A stretch of DNA of 63,458 nucleotides, the filler included, from Phoronis australis (lineage: Eukaryota; Animalia; Phoronida), in NCBI GenBank assembly GCA_002633005.1. It is 5 parts of 5 records of this genome, joined end to end, with 100 filler letters (N's around TTAATTAATTAA, not from the genome) between each part and the next. Parts side by side here need not be neighbours in the genome. Positions count along the whole stretch, not along the records: positions 1 to 26,345 come from NMRA01001332.1; 4 more parts are not named here. One strand, written 5' to 3'. The first letter of the stretch is position 1. Every line of letters begins with the position of its first letter. The position numbers and the translations under genes are program-made. Below, piece after piece: positions 1-13,800 of this stretch. A model generated the notes under the pieces. That model was not told the origin of the DNA, did no database searches, and was given only the letters and a program-made list of their open reading frames with translations.

Positions 1-2016
1 CTAGATCCGCCACTGGGTATAGACTTTTAAAACTGATACCCTAGCTTTTATTTGGTGTTTCTCGTCTTCTAGGAAAAAAAAATCACTTGTTTGCCACATT
101 GTGTCCTAAATTGAAGAGATTCTATGATAACCTTTGACTGTAGTATGGTGCTGTGCCTCACTCAATTCCACACAGTAAATATCTGAGGTGTCAAGTTTCT
201 CCAGCAAAATACTAGCTAAGTGGGATTCCTATTGGGATAAACCTTGGCGTTGGTACTCAATGTATCAGATAAGTAAACTATCATGATGGAGATCTTTTGA
301 GTTGATTTGCCTTGGTGTTCTTGTTGATTTGGATCAAGACAGTAATTCTCATTTATTTGGCACAGGAATAATGGCCAAAATTGTTGTTTTTCTATTTTTA
401 AAGGCCGATTACCTCACTATAAATAATCAAAATTATGACATATGTTACTTCATGACATCTTAATGTAATACAGGTCACACGAAACCATCAATAGGCTGCA
501 GAGTATTTCACAAAAAATTCACTTGTCCGATGTATTGTGTGTGAAACAGGTGAAGCATTAGTGTCTTGGTCCATGTCTGGAATGGAGGATTAATGACCTA
601 CTCTTGCCTTTGTAACTTACAATAATTGTAGACTAGTGGGTGGTAGAGCTTTGTTGTGCCAAGAGATTAACTCCATCCCATACTGTAGTGCCACACTTTA
701 ATTTTGCCATATTTGCCCACAGTGAATCACTAGGAAATAAGTCACTTACAGGGGTCCCGCATTCTGAGAACCAGTTTTCTCCATTAAATAAAAGGCATCT
801 GACTGGTGCTCAAAATCCAAACCCCAAAAGTGACTATTGCCCGTTGCTGCACATGTCGGGCACATACCCAGAGATGTGGTCTGTAGACCAACTTTCTTGT
901 GAGAAAAGCGAGATTACGAGAGACTGCAGGATATTGCCATGAATTTCAAGCAAAGCTTAATGTCTTCACTAACTTTACTCTAGAGATTCTTGCCTCTATA
1001 GAACAAAGCCCAGCTACAGTAAAAGAGGAAAGTTATCAGACAAATTACTGTTTCCCCGTCATGATGTCGGATTCCGGTAACACCAAAAGAATCACTGGAA
1101 ATAACTGTTATGGGAACAAAATTATTACAAAATAGATTAGCTACCTTAATTTTCCTGTTAATACCCATTCGTGGTCATGAGGGAGACTCATTCTGACAAA
1201 GAATTTAGTTCCTGCCCAGTCGTCGTGACGCAGAATTCCAGATCATTTTGTCTGTTAACTTTTGGCATGTACTGAACTTCATTGGTGCACGTCAATATCA
1301 TTCTGGTCCATCTAAACTCCCATTTTTAAAAATTGACAGGGAGAGTACAGTTTGGGATGGGACTATTTCTCATACAGTACAGTAATCGATCTTTGTAAAC
1401 ACCAGAAAATCATAAAAATTGTTTATCTACTCATTATTTATTAGATTGTATCTTGTGGGAAGAAAATAAAAAATGAGGTATCATTTTGCTTTCGACAACT
1501 TCTCCATAACACAGTTCATAACTGGTAATAAATATTACAACCTCCACATCTAGAGAGCACAATCCATTTATTTAGTCCCTCCAAGGTTACTGGTGTCACT
1601 GATAGTCCAATAAACTCGGTGATGAGGCTTCAAACAACTGAGTTGACCTCTCACGTCATACGCAGGATCCAACAACAACAGAGGCAGTAACGGGTGGGAG
1701 AAATAAATAGATTGCTTCAAATGACTTTTATGTGCAAGATATAGACACACTGACCACACAGATTNGCTAGAAATTGTTTTCAAAACGTTCCTCATGAGAC
1801 GACTCCTACGCTAACACTTGGGGTTTTGTTACACCAACGCCTAAGCGAGCCTAAGCCAGACTATGACAAACCGGCCGTCTTAATGGATTCACAAATTCAT
1901 GCTCATGGCCTAATTAAGTCTAACATTCTGACTAAAGTCTCAACTGAAGTCACTTTTCAAGAAGCAGACATTAATAAAGAGCCACGCAAACTTACTGTGA
2001 GCATGTTGCTAGCTTA

Positions 2017-2178
2017 TTAGCGTTTCTTTTTACGTTGCCGATTCTTTCTTTGTTGCCTGCTTTTGACAAGTGTAAAATCGTCAACTGTGTTTGGTTCGTC
2101 GTCTTCCTCAGGTTGAAGAATAGCCCGAGTTACCTCTGGATTTTCATCATCGCTATTGCCATCCCCTTCTGTCTGAGG
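2017..2178 (-). CDS. Putative terminal coding exon of an unidentified minus-strand gene (copy 1)
   Basis: Pyrimidine tract and ttcatag acceptor, then 53 codons PQTEGDGNSDDENPEVTRAILQPEEDDEPNTVDDFTLVKSRQQRKNRQRKKKR ending TAA TAA; acidic-then-basic composition looks protein-like. No homology recognised. Confidence 0.5.
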   Translation of the reverse strand, partial: PQTEGDGNSDDENPEVTRAILQPEEDDEPNTVDDFTLVKSRQQRKNRQRKKKR

Positions 2179-3476
2179 CTATGAATGAAGAAGCATTATG
2201 TTATGGGGGTGCAACCTGCAGCTTTTGTACAATATTGGCCAAGACCACTGTTTAGTTGTTCACGACCATTTAGGGTAAAATTTCTATAGTTTGACATAGT
2301 GTAAAGGTATTTATTTTGCTCAAGGTCAGAGCTTGCATCAAATTTTAGAAGCAGCAATATAGTTGTTCCAAATTCAAGAATTAAGAAGAACCACAAAGAA
2401 TCATTCACCTTTGTTACACACAAAAATGTTACATCTCCCAGTGGTTATATATTTCAATGGTTTTATGAACTGCCATGCTTATTTTCAGACTCTGCGGATG
2501 TAAAACACAGTATCCAACATTTAAGAAATACCCATGTCACCAATTCATGGAAAATCAATTTAATGCAGCTTTAATTCTGGTGTCCCAAATTTTAGAGACT
2601 ATCGCAGGATCTCAATTTTAAAGCAGTTGTATATCTGTAGTATGGTTATAACCTTCTGCGAGGGTGTTTACAAGTATTCATTGTAACCTACTGTTCTACG
2701 CAACCTATTTTGACTCATCCCTGTGGAAAATTTGAATTTTCTCGTGATGAGTTTGGCTAATACTTGCATTGAGTTTGAAAACTTAAGTGAGCAATGAGTC
2801 TGAAATATGGAGAGACTAGTACGCATATTACCAGTTAAGACATTTTGGATTTTCAGTACCAGTTGAAGTCATAACTAACAAGCTCACTACTGAGTATGGA
2901 CATGGACTTTCAAACACATCAATTTAAAATATGTAATTCCAGTACAGTTTGATTTTTTGTTATGAAGAGCAGTGTAGTCATCTGTTGAGTAAACAAAAAA
3001 TAAAACAAATTTAACCATAGGAGCACTCCATGTGAACTAACATTCATATACAAAAGCTGCCACAAACAGCAATTGCAGAAAAGATGTAAGAGCTGATTTA
3101 GTTAGTGAACGCAACATACAAATCAAGGTAGAGTTGGTTTTGTTAGAACAGAGCAAACCTGCAAAAAATAGGAAGAGTGCAGAAGATTAGCTGAATTTGG
3201 ATTGGTTAATGATACAGCTTCAATTTTTTAAATTAATTAACTAATTAGCAACTATTATTTCCAGATGGTGCTCTAATATCTTGCCACCAGCTTCGCACAT
3301 CTTGCTATATGCATATCAGTGTCTAATTCTTTTTGTACAGGACGCTATCACACAACAGGTCAGTCTAAGCCAGTTTTTGCTACTTACCAACTTTGGCCAA
3401 ATAAGTTGATTTTTGTAATTTACGTAATAATGCAACTCGTCAATTCAACTTGCACTTTTCAAATTCAAGTAACTTT

Positions 3477-4349
3477 CAGGGGCGGATCTACGTTTTCACT
3501 AAGGGGGGGGTTCAGAATTCGCACGAATCTGAGGCGCGTAGCTCCGAACGGGGGAAGGTCGGGAGGGTGACTTCCCCCACCCGTATAAGAGATTTTTTTC
3601 TTTGTAGCAAAATATTGCAATTTCTATGTATTCAGGCGAGTTTGTGGCACTTAACGTGTCTCTGAAATTGATTTAAAACCCTTGTCGATTTCGTTTTAGT
3701 GAACTCGCCTCGTAAGTTCCGCAAACCGTATTTATGCACATCCAGGTGTGAGTCACGCCACCAGCAAATTTTTAGTAAGAACATCAGTCTACACACACCC
3801 ATTTTTAGAAACTACCACATGTTCAAGAGCACAATGAGCACCAACAGTCACGTAAACACATAACAATGAGATGATCGCGTGGCAACATCCTGCAGCTGCT
3901 TAAGAACAAAGACTGCCAATGTTATGCCCGAAAACAAACAAATGTTCTGTCTGGTTACCAGAAAATGACGAACGATGGTGATATCAGCGCATTAGTATAT
4001 CACTGAAGACAACAATGAGCACTTAAGTATCACTTTATTAAGCTGAATCACGTTGACCATTGGGTTACTCTATGTCACAACTGAAAAACGTCAAATATAT
4101 TCGGAAGTCACAGAACCAAAACAGCTGTACACCGTGGTGAAAAGATATACAAGATCAGTTCGCTGATGGACCAGACGTACACCGAGAGTCAATACACAAA
4201 TAAGCTGGTCTGGTCTGTCGATAGACAAAAAGTACACTGTGCTAAATATCTCAACAAAAAGTACCGACTGATATAACTAATTTACAAAGCATTGTAGAAA
4301 ACAGATCTATAACGTATGTTATGTAGCTCTGCAAAATACCGAGCTCGTC
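3477..4349 (-). mobile_element. Truncated 3'-terminal fragment of the hAT element
   Basis: Starts with TIR CAGGGGCGGATCTACG; identical to 9737..10609. Confidence 0.85.
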
Positions 4350-5579
4350 CACTACAATATAAGTTTTTTCTAAATTAAAATATACTCCCTTTTAGTCCGT
4401 ATACCAGATGACACCGGTTTTCAGAGGCCTGATATTATTTTTTCTTTCGTTAAGCACCAGACTTGTTCTTTTGTCCGATATCATGAGGCAAACGCTAGTT
4501 ATCTACAATGCTGATTCAATACTTTATGTAAACATGCATGGACTCAAAACTGTTGTCAAAAAATAAAAACCTATGGCAGCATTTCATGGGTGGCGCAGCA
4601 CTGAAAAAAGTGGGGCTATGGCCCCTCCGCAGCCCCCTATAATGCGCCGCCTTTGCATTTTGGCTAATTTTTATTGTCTTTCTTCCACAAAGGAAGTATT
4701 CTGCACTAACTTTGCATGAGGAATTCAATTTCATAAGTCAAACACATTACAAATGAAAACTACAGCTCCTGTCCTTGATATTTCAATTTATTTCAGCCAG
4801 TATTTTATTGCCCTGCATACATCGCTAATGCGATAATTGCTCTGTACCACACAAGGAGCTCAGATCAACTTCTGAGATACCAAGGGGAGACGGCAACACC
4901 GGTTTATGTAGAGATGCATTGTCCAACTACTCAATACCATTGAATGGCCTGGTTTCCTAATAGATCGAATGAATTCTCCTGATTTTGAGAGAAAATTCTC
5001 GTGGTCTGGAGACATTCTCCTAATAAAGTTATCATGATTTAACTAACCAGTCTAATTGGTATCTTTTATCGTAATTTCATAACAAAGTGCTTTGAAAATA
5101 TTTGTAATGTTAAAGCTTTATCTGAATTGTTATATAACCCTGCACTTCTGTTGAGAATTGTTTTTTTTTGTCAGGTTTTTATTATCATTTATAAAGAAGT
5201 ACAACAAACAAACAAACTAACAAGTACATCCATTCAATCACGCACGCACACCTCAGGAGGGACCATTCTCGTATCTCGTATAGAATAAACAACTGCTATA
5301 TGGAGTTAACGTGAACAATGAAATTTTCCCATTTCGCAGAGAAGCTGTCACACACAAAGCAACTCATTCTCCTGATTTTGAGAGAAAATTCTCTTGGTCT
5401 GGAGACATCTAATAAAGTTATCATGATTTAACTTATCAGCTTAATTTGTGTTAATTCTGGTAATTTTCATAACAAAGTGCTGTAAAAAATATTTGTAACA
5501 CTAAAGCTTTATCTGAATTGTCATAACCCTACACCCCTTTTCCTGTTGAGAACTGTTCATAATTGCTTTCATCTTCCAG

Positions 5580-5724
5580 CTCAAAGACATTGCTGCCAGC
5601 TACTGTGACCAAATGAAGGATGTTTTGTTCAGTGACGGCCCCTATTGGATGACAAGTTTTGTCGTTTGTGAACTGACTCTTCAGTTTCCGTTCTTCTTTG
5701 TGGCGAGTTATGGGTTTTACAAAG
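5580..5724 (+). CDS. TMEM97: TMEM97 (sigma-2 receptor, EXPERA domain), internal coding exon
   Basis: ttccag acceptor and G|gtact donor; 145 nt encoding LKDIAASYCDQMKDVLFSDGPYWMTSFVVCELTLQFPFFFVASYGFYK, matching the TMEM97 pattern KD.L...P.W..SF..CE...Q.PFF.; its phase-1 end joins the next exon in frame. Exon 1 was not found in the window. Confidence 0.9.
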
Positions 5725-6736
5725 GTACTTGTCCTTTGTGGATTTGAAGTCTCAGCTCAAAATTTTTTGACATTTTTAACGATTTAAACCAGCTATTTCA
5801 TTTGTTTCGAATATGTAAATGACATTTGCTAATGAGCTCAATTAAACCAACTATGGACATACTTGTAAATGGGAATGAGAAGCAATGTGGATCAGTTTAA
5901 ACATTTTGCGTGTGACTTGAATTTCCGCAAACAGGCCCACGAACCTTTTTTGTCGTAAAAATTTCCTGGCCACGATTGAAAACTTCTACAGTTTGTAGGG
6001 TTTCCCGAAAACACTTGTGGTCCACTTGTGGAAAATGGGTGTCATGTGCATTCCTTGTTCACCTTCAGTGGAATGGTTTGCCATTGCTGCACTGTTGGCA
6101 CCTTAAAGCCGTCATAAAATGCATGATCCGTCAAAGAAACAAACTTTTGACTTGGATTATATCTGCCTATGGCAGTAAAACTGATCTCAAATTGTTCCTC
6201 ATTGATACGAGAAGTAGGCTTGGAAAGAGCGGACTGCATGTTACGACTTGAGCACATCTTCATCTCATAAAGTGACCCGTCAGGAACTTGTCAAGTCTGG
6301 TGTGGCAGGAACAAACTATCACGTTGTTTCCACGACCAGCAATTATCTCTACTGTTGCGAAACGAACACAAGAAAGACTCCATAAATGTACCACTATTCG
6401 GTCGAAATCAAAAGTCAGTTTTCTGATTACAAATGAGAACCTTGAGCAAAACTTAGAAAGTATTTAGTTTGCTACTTTCACATACAGTTTGTTCCAAAAA
6501 CATATCTTGCCGTACCAGAAAAATGCTTATGTTTCCTGGTTTCATGCTATCAAATTATAAACACAGTTCAGAACTTTTCAAGATTTCCGACGTGGTGAAA
6601 AACTTTTCAAACATTGAGCAACACCACATCTGAGTACACGTAGGGAGAATGCAGAGTACGGTGACAGAACTCTTACGTATCCCAATTCATTTGAATTGCG
6701 TGCATGCGGTCTCACATTTTAATTCGTGTTTTGCAG

Positions 6737-6978
6737 GTGGGTGCAAGTGGATTCGTATCCCGGCCATTGTATATGCGGCACATGTGGCCACAACGTTGGT
6801 CCCAATCTTATCCCACTTCATCTTTCATGACTTCGGTGACAACGGACCATCGACCATGAAAGAGAGGCTGACCCTCGTCGCCATCTATTGCCCGTACTTC
6901 TTCATTCCTGTCTTACTGCTCTTCACTATGATCTTTAGCAGTGCTTACAGGGACGACGACAAAGTAAAGACCAACTAA
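6737..6978 (+). CDS. TMEM97: TMEM97, last coding exon
   Basis: ttgcag acceptor; encodes GGCKWIRIPAIVYAAHVATTLVPIL...ERLTLVAIYCPYFFIPVLLL...DDKVKTN*, the characteristic TMEM97 C-terminal half. Confidence 0.92.
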
Positions 6979-8025
6979 ATATTAGAAGGATACTAAACCA
7001 TGTTTTGCTGATTTCAACCATTCCTCTTGTGTCACCCGCTAATTCATCTTTGGTATCCAGTTTGGGTATTAAAACAGGATTCATGTAAAAATGCAAATTC
7101 TCTGAGTCACAAATTGGATATTATGGTTCTTGGTGTGAGGTCTTTCCGTACAGTTGTTGTGTAACTCGCCTAAAGCGTAGGTCATACGTGTATATTTAGC
7201 AGACTTTGTGAGGAGTTTTTAAATTCTATCCTAAACTTTGTGAGGGCAGTTCTTGAGGGTTACAGAGCATTATTTGTTTTAGAGAACTCTGTGGAAAATC
7301 GTTTTCAATGTCTGGTAATATTCCAAAACCTGGTTTGGTAGCCTTTTACGAAAACAAATACAAGTTTCCGTGTTCATCTACTGCTTCAAGCTTAATTTGT
7401 TTGAGGGGGAAATGTCAACATTGTTGCAATTATTATTGTATTGTTTATCAACGTGTGATTTTTGGATGTGTCGAGTTTTGCTCAAGGTTCTCACTTTTAA
7501 GTGGGCCCAGTGAAATAATATTCATATGATGAAATTTGTTTATTAATTGAGTTTGATTACAGTAATTATCTCACTTATTTTGCACAAAAATAATTTCCAA
7601 AATGGCCATTTCTCCATTTTTCAAAGGCTGNCATTGGTTCACCCAAAGCATTTAAGTAAGATCCTTTTAATTAAAGAGCAATTATCACAACAGTAATAGG
7701 GTAGAAATAGAATCGACAATTCCATCCTATAGCGTTATTGTGAATGCTGATCTGTCCTTTTGTGTAGCAGAGTAATTATCAGTAATAACTTCGAGAGTAT
7801 ATCTCTTTGAAGCAGGTAGACACGTGGCCTGTAAAACAGAGTGTGAGAAGCCCCAGTCACAAGACTGAGGCTTAACAAAAAACTGTTTCATAAAAAGTGT
7901 CTTTTTAGGACCTTACAAAATTTCCAAATTTGGCCAACTTCAGAACAACATATCTGAGGAATGGCTTACCAGCTTCAAATGAAACTTTTAGATACTATGC
8001 TTTATGCAAGTTTCTCTAAAAGAAT

Positions 8026-10609
8026 GCTAGAAATTGTTTTCAAAACGTTCCTCATGAGACGACTCCTACGCTAACACTTGGGGTTTTGTTACACCAACGC
8101 CTAAGCGAGCCTAAGCCAGACTATGACAAACCGGCCGTCTTAATGGATTCACAAATTCATGCTCATGGCCTAATTAAGTCTAACATTCTGACTAAAGTCT
8201 CAACTGAAGTCACTTTTCAAGAAGCAGACATTAATAAAGAGCCACGCAAACTTACTGTGAGCATGTTGCTAGCTTATTAGCGTTTCTTTTTACGTTGCCG
8301 ATTCTTTCTTTGTTGCCTGCTTTTGACAAGTGTAAAATCGTCAACTGTGTTTGGTTCGTCGTCTTCCTCAGGTTGAAGAATAGCCCGAGTTACCTCTGGA
8401 TTTTCATCATCGCTATTGCCATCCCCTTCTGTCTGAGGCTATGAATGAAGAAGCATTATGTTATGGGGGTGCAACCTGCAGCTTTTGTACAATATTGGCC
8501 AAGACCACTGTTTAGTTGTTCACGACCATTTAGGGTAAAATTTCTATAGTTTGACATAGTGTAAAGGTATTTATTTTGCTCAAGGTCAGAGCTTGCATCA
8601 AATTTTAGAAGCAGCAATATAGTTGTTCCAAATTCAAGAATTAAGAAGAACCACAAAGAATCATTCACCTTTGTTACACACAAAAATGTTACATCTCCCA
8701 GTGGTTATATATTTCAATGGTTTTATGAACTGCCATGCTTATTTTCAGACTCTGCGGATGTAAAACACAGTATCCAACATTTAAGAAATACCCATGTCAC
8801 CAATTCATGGAAAATCAATTTAATGCAGCTTTAATTCTGGTGTCCCAAATTTTAGAGACTATCGCAGGATCTCAATTTTAAAGCAGTTGTATATCTGTAG
8901 TATGGTTATAACCTTCTGCGAGGGTGTTTACAAGTATTCATTGTAACCTACTGTTCTACGCAACCTATTTTGACTCATCCCTGTGGAAAATTTGAATTTT
9001 CTCGTGATGAGTTTGGCTAATACTTGCATTGAGTTTGAAAACTTAAGTGAGCAATGAGTCTGAAATATGGAGAGACTAGTACGCATATTACCAGTTAAGA
9101 CATTTTGGATTTTCAGTACCAGTTGAAGTCATAACTAACAAGCTCACTACTGAGTATGGACATGGACTTTCAAACACATCAATTTAAAATATGTAATTCC
9201 AGTACAGTTTGATTTTTTGTTATGAAGAGCAGTGTAGTCATCTGTTGAGTAAACAAAAAATAAAACAAATTTAACCATAGGAGCACTCCATGTGAACTAA
9301 CATTCATATACAAAAGCTGCCACAAACAGCAATTGCAGAAAAGATGTAAGAGCTGATTTAGTTAGTGAACGCAACATACAAATCAAGGTAGAGTTGGTTT
9401 TGTTAGAACAGAGCAAACCTGCAAAAAATAGGAAGAGTGCAGAAGATTAGCTGAATTTGGATTGGTTAATGATACAGCTTCAATTTTTTAAATTAATTAA
9501 CTAATTAGCAACTATTATTTCCAGATGGTGCTCTAATATCTTGCCACCAGCTTCGCACATCTTGCTATATGCATATCAGTGTCTAATTCTTTTTGTACAG
9601 GACGCTATCACACAACAGGTCAGTCTAAGCCAGTTTTTGCTACTTACCAACTTTGGCCAAATAAGTTGATTTTTGTAATTTACGTAATAATGCAACTCGT
9701 CAATTCAACTTGCACTTTTCAAATTCAAGTAACTTTCAGGGGCGGATCTACGTTTTCACTAAGGGGGGGGTTCAGAATTCGCACGAATCTGAGGCGCGTA
9801 GCTCCGAACGGGGGAAGGTCGGGAGGGTGACTTCCCCCACCCGTATAAGAGATTTTTTTCTTTGTAGCAAAATATTGCAATTTCTATGTATTCAGGCGAG
9901 TTTGTGGCACTTAACGTGTCTCTGAAATTGATTTAAAACCCTTGTCGATTTCGTTTTAGTGAACTCGCCTCGTAAGTTCCGCAAACCGTATTTATGCACA
10001 TCCAGGTGTGAGTCACGCCACCAGCAAATTTTTAGTAAGAACATCAGTCTACACACACCCATTTTTAGAAACTACCACATGTTCAAGAGCACAATGAGCA
10101 CCAACAGTCACGTAAACACATAACAATGAGATGATCGCGTGGCAACATCCTGCAGCTGCTTAAGAACAAAGACTGCCAATGTTATGCCCGAAAACAAACA
10201 AATGTTCTGTCTGGTTACCAGAAAATGACGAACGATGGTGATATCAGCGCATTAGTATATCACTGAAGACAACAATGAGCACTTAAGTATCACTTTATTA
10301 AGCTGAATCACGTTGACCATTGGGTTACTCTATGTCACAACTGAAAAACGTCAAATATATTCGGAAGTCACAGAACCAAAACAGCTGTACACCGTGGTGA
10401 AAAGATATACAAGATCAGTTCGCTGATGGACCAGACGTACACCGAGAGTCAATACACAAATAAGCTGGTCTGGTCTGTCGATAGACAAAAAGTACACTGT
10501 GCTAAATATCTCAACAAAAAGTACCGACTGATATAACTAATTTACAAAGCATTGTAGAAAACAGATCTATAACGTATGTTATGTAGCTCTGCAAAATACC
10601 GAGCTCGTC
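8026..10609. repeat. 2584-bp direct duplication, copy 2
   Basis: Appears identical to 1766..4349; continues into the full-length hAT element. Confidence 0.95.
8277..8438 (-). CDS. Putative terminal coding exon of an unidentified minus-strand gene (copy 2, tail-to-tail with TMEM97)
   Basis: Identical to 2017..2178 (offset 6260). Confidence 0.5.
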   Translation of the reverse strand, partial: PQTEGDGNSDDENPEVTRAILQPEEDDEPNTVDDFTLVKSRQQRKNRQRKKKR

Positions 10610-10855
10610 GTGGGACCAAAATGTAAACGTAGACCGGGAGAACTCTTCAAAAAGCAAAGCACCCCCTCCGCACGACTCGTGACCACGCCAAGCACTTTGG
10701 CAGTATCTATGATAATGAACTGTTCCCATAAAATCTACAATGACAGACAAAATCAGGTGACCACTACATTGAAAACTGCTCCATTGACACTTTTTGATCC
10801 CCAGTGCTTGTTCATACATGTATTTTAGGGATCATTGACAAAATTTGGCGCACTT

Positions 10856-13800
10856 TCAGTCAAACAAGATAGACTTGCAAAACACACGCCTTGGGTTGCG
10901 CTGGATAAAGCGCTTGACGACCAGTGACGTGTCTAGTCCTTTCGTTGTTTCATAATGCAAGGCCATCAGAGATAACCCAGCAAGCCTTTCCTGAGACATG
11001 GTAGCCCTCAAATGGGTCTTCATACGCCTCAGTACAGAAAATGATCTCTCTGCCTCACAGGATCCGATAGGGGATACACATCCTATCAAAATCAGCTCCC
11101 TTACGTTTGGAAAGATGTCGCCGTCTGCGTGTTTGAGTGTGGAACGCAAGTTACTTGGCAATTCCTCTAGACTTTGAGTATTCCAGAAGGACCACCAGCG
11201 TCGGAGTTCTCGCTGAAATTAGAGCAAAGACATGGATACTTTTATGTTTCTAATATTACTTAGGACAATCGGTAATTTAACAGAAGACACAACGTGTTTT
11301 TTAAAATGCCAATAGTCAGAAGGGAGTCACCTTCAGGGAGTCTGGTGATGGCAGGTCTATGTCCCAGAAATGCAGCCGATCCTCCAGTGAGTCTAAGTCT
11401 GCATCCCTCATCCTGCTAACCACTACTGGCACAAGGGACATGACAGCTTCCACCTGCCTGTTGTCTTTCGAAAACCTGGCGGTCAGCTGCTGCAACAGGT
11501 TATCTAGGAAGGGTATTCCCACGGTTCTTCTGTAGTACTCACTGGAAAAAACACGTATTGACAGCAAATTTAACTACGCACTGCGTGACATAGAAAAACA
11601 GATAAAGAGCAAAGTGGAAATACAAAATAGAATCGTCTTCTTTGCGCTCGCAGACCCTCTGCTTTAGTGGGTAAATTTAGTGGGTAAATTTAGCATAAAA
11701 TAATTTTCTGTTTCCGTTTCAATTGTACACAAGCATCAAATAAAAGAGTACGCCAGTAAAAGAAATTATGTATAAAATGTGTAAAATTACAATTTATTAC
11801 CAGGGTGTTTCTGCAGGAACGTTAGCCCTATGCTTTTGGTGTCTGGATTGCCGAGGAATCTGGATGTCGGATCCAATATTCTCAGCTATGGTTTGCGCAT
11901 CTATGAACCATTCACGCCAGACGTCTTCGATGTTTGTTCTCAATCTTTGTACTTCATCAGTTGTTTTGTCAATGAGCTTGTAAGCATCTACAACGTCAGC
12001 GTCTCGTTTTTGCAGCTTGGCACTAAGCCCCTTGAGATTATCAAGTCCGTTCAAAAGAGTCACAAGCGAAACTATATTTGACCCGCTCATCATTGACTGC
12101 TTCAAACCTTGTGCTTTTGTCAAGGAGGATGCATCCCAGGACCAATTTGCTTCTCTTGCGTCCTCAATTTGAGGATATTGATTGGGTACTACCATAGCAT
12201 CAAACGTGATGAAGATATACTCAAAGAGAGTATGGAATATTTCTAGACATTCGTGTCTCTCAGTCCATCTGGTTTTGCAGAGACCCTTGAGCTTGAAGAC
12301 GCGATTATCTGGGGCGCACACATCAAGAACCAGTTCAAGGAAGCGCTGTCTCTTAGGTGATAGGTGAAAGAACAAATAAATCTCATTGATGACGTCAATC
12401 GTGCTTCGGAGAGCTTGAACAGAGCACGATTTTCCAATAGACAGACTAAGGACATGTGAATTGCAGTGAGTAAATAGAGATAATGGGTAATCACTCTGGA
12501 TAAGGGCTCGAGCTCCACTCACATGACCCGCCATAGCCGACGCCCCGTCGTACGACTGACCACGAATGTGCTGCGGGTCCAGTCCATGCTTGGTTATTAT
12601 TTCGAGGATAGCATTGGCAATATCGTGTCCAGTGGTCCTTTCCAGGTGGAAGAAATCAACGAAAGCTTCCTTGATATGAGGTTCGTTGTCACTTATGTCG
12701 ATGAGCCTGATGCAAAGAGACATTATTTCCTGGTTTCCATGAGGATCTGTTACCTCATCAGCAATGATGCTGTAATAGGGCACTGTTGATAGTGGTGCTA
12801 GCACTTCTTCCCGTATGAGCTCTGCAATGACATCTATGATGTCGTTTTGTGTCGTTTTTGAAGTGTAACGTTAACTCTTTTTTCCCTGTTCCAAGTGTTC
12901 TCTCAATATTGGGTCACTTTTCGACGTGTTCTCTAAAATGGCAAGGAAATTCCCCCTGTTCGTGTCTTCATCTGACGTGGTATCATCGCGGTGTCCTCTT
13001 AAGGGAAGACCTTGCATTCCACAAAGTTTTACTGTGTCCACAATTGCGGAAAGGACGTGTTTATTTTTGTCAGATAGTTCTTGTCGCTTCTTGTCTATTC
13101 TACTGTCAATCCTGTTGGCGGGGTTTTTGTAATTTTCTATAAACGATTTACCAGCAATCATTGCTTCGTGATGGAAGTTGTGATTGCCATGGGTAGACAG
13201 GTAGCCATCTTTGCCTTTCGCTTTACTGAAGTTCCTGAACGGAGTCTTCACCAAACTGCCCGCGGTCACCTTTCCTTGTGGCTTTGCAAACAGTACACAG
13301 TATTTACAGTAACCACCACCTTGAGAAGGGGAATACGCAAGCCAAGGATAATCTTGTAACCATGATGACTGGAATGTCAAGGGTACTTCCTTTCCCCTTT
13401 TATGAACCTTATATGTGGCAAAATCGTAGCCTGTGTGTTTGCTTGTTAGATTCTGAAATTTCTCCCTGTCCGTTAAAGTCGAAGCATTTCTACTCTGCAC
13501 AATTACACCAATGTCATACATAGGAGGAGTGGTTGTTGCATCACGGGCAGTACAGGGATTACTTATATGCACAGTATCGGAAACAGTGGGTAAAGCATCA
13601 GAAGTAGCTGAAACATCGTTGGGGACGGTGTCTAAACCATCAGGAGAAGTGGTAATAGCGTCAGATACAAGTAGTTGTAGCATTGGAGATAGTAGAAACA
13701 CCAGAGACAGTGGCTACCGCAACAGGGGCAGGGGTGATAACGTCAGGAGAAATGGTTACATCATTAGAAATATCAAAATCAGCCTGAGAAACAGTAGTTA

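Larger units (their letters stand above)
1766..4349. repeat. 2584-bp direct duplication, copy 1
   Basis: Appears identical to 8026..10609 (ORF track repeats with offset 6260); starts immediately after the single N at 1765 and ends inside a hAT terminal fragment. Confidence 0.95.

Noticed and set aside
4974-5557. ~190-bp diverged direct repeat just upstream of the TMEM97 acceptor as a duplicated exon
   Set aside because: Only intronic sequence is duplicated; no coding sequence follows the first copy.
5900-6450. Coding-looking stretch in the TMEM97 intron (also 900-1330, 27600-27960, 61800-63250)
   Set aside because: Possibly old transposon relics, but no recognisable motif to support a call.
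12871-12873. Stop-codon readthrough or alternative genetic code in the transposase and gag-pol
   Set aside because: The same genes also carry frameshifts, and TMEM97 ends at a normal TAA; ordinary decay or base errors suffice.
11797-13701. Domesticated ZMYM1/THAP12 host gene
   Set aside because: Enclosed by TIRs and disrupted, so called a transposon; no THAP domain found at its N-terminus.
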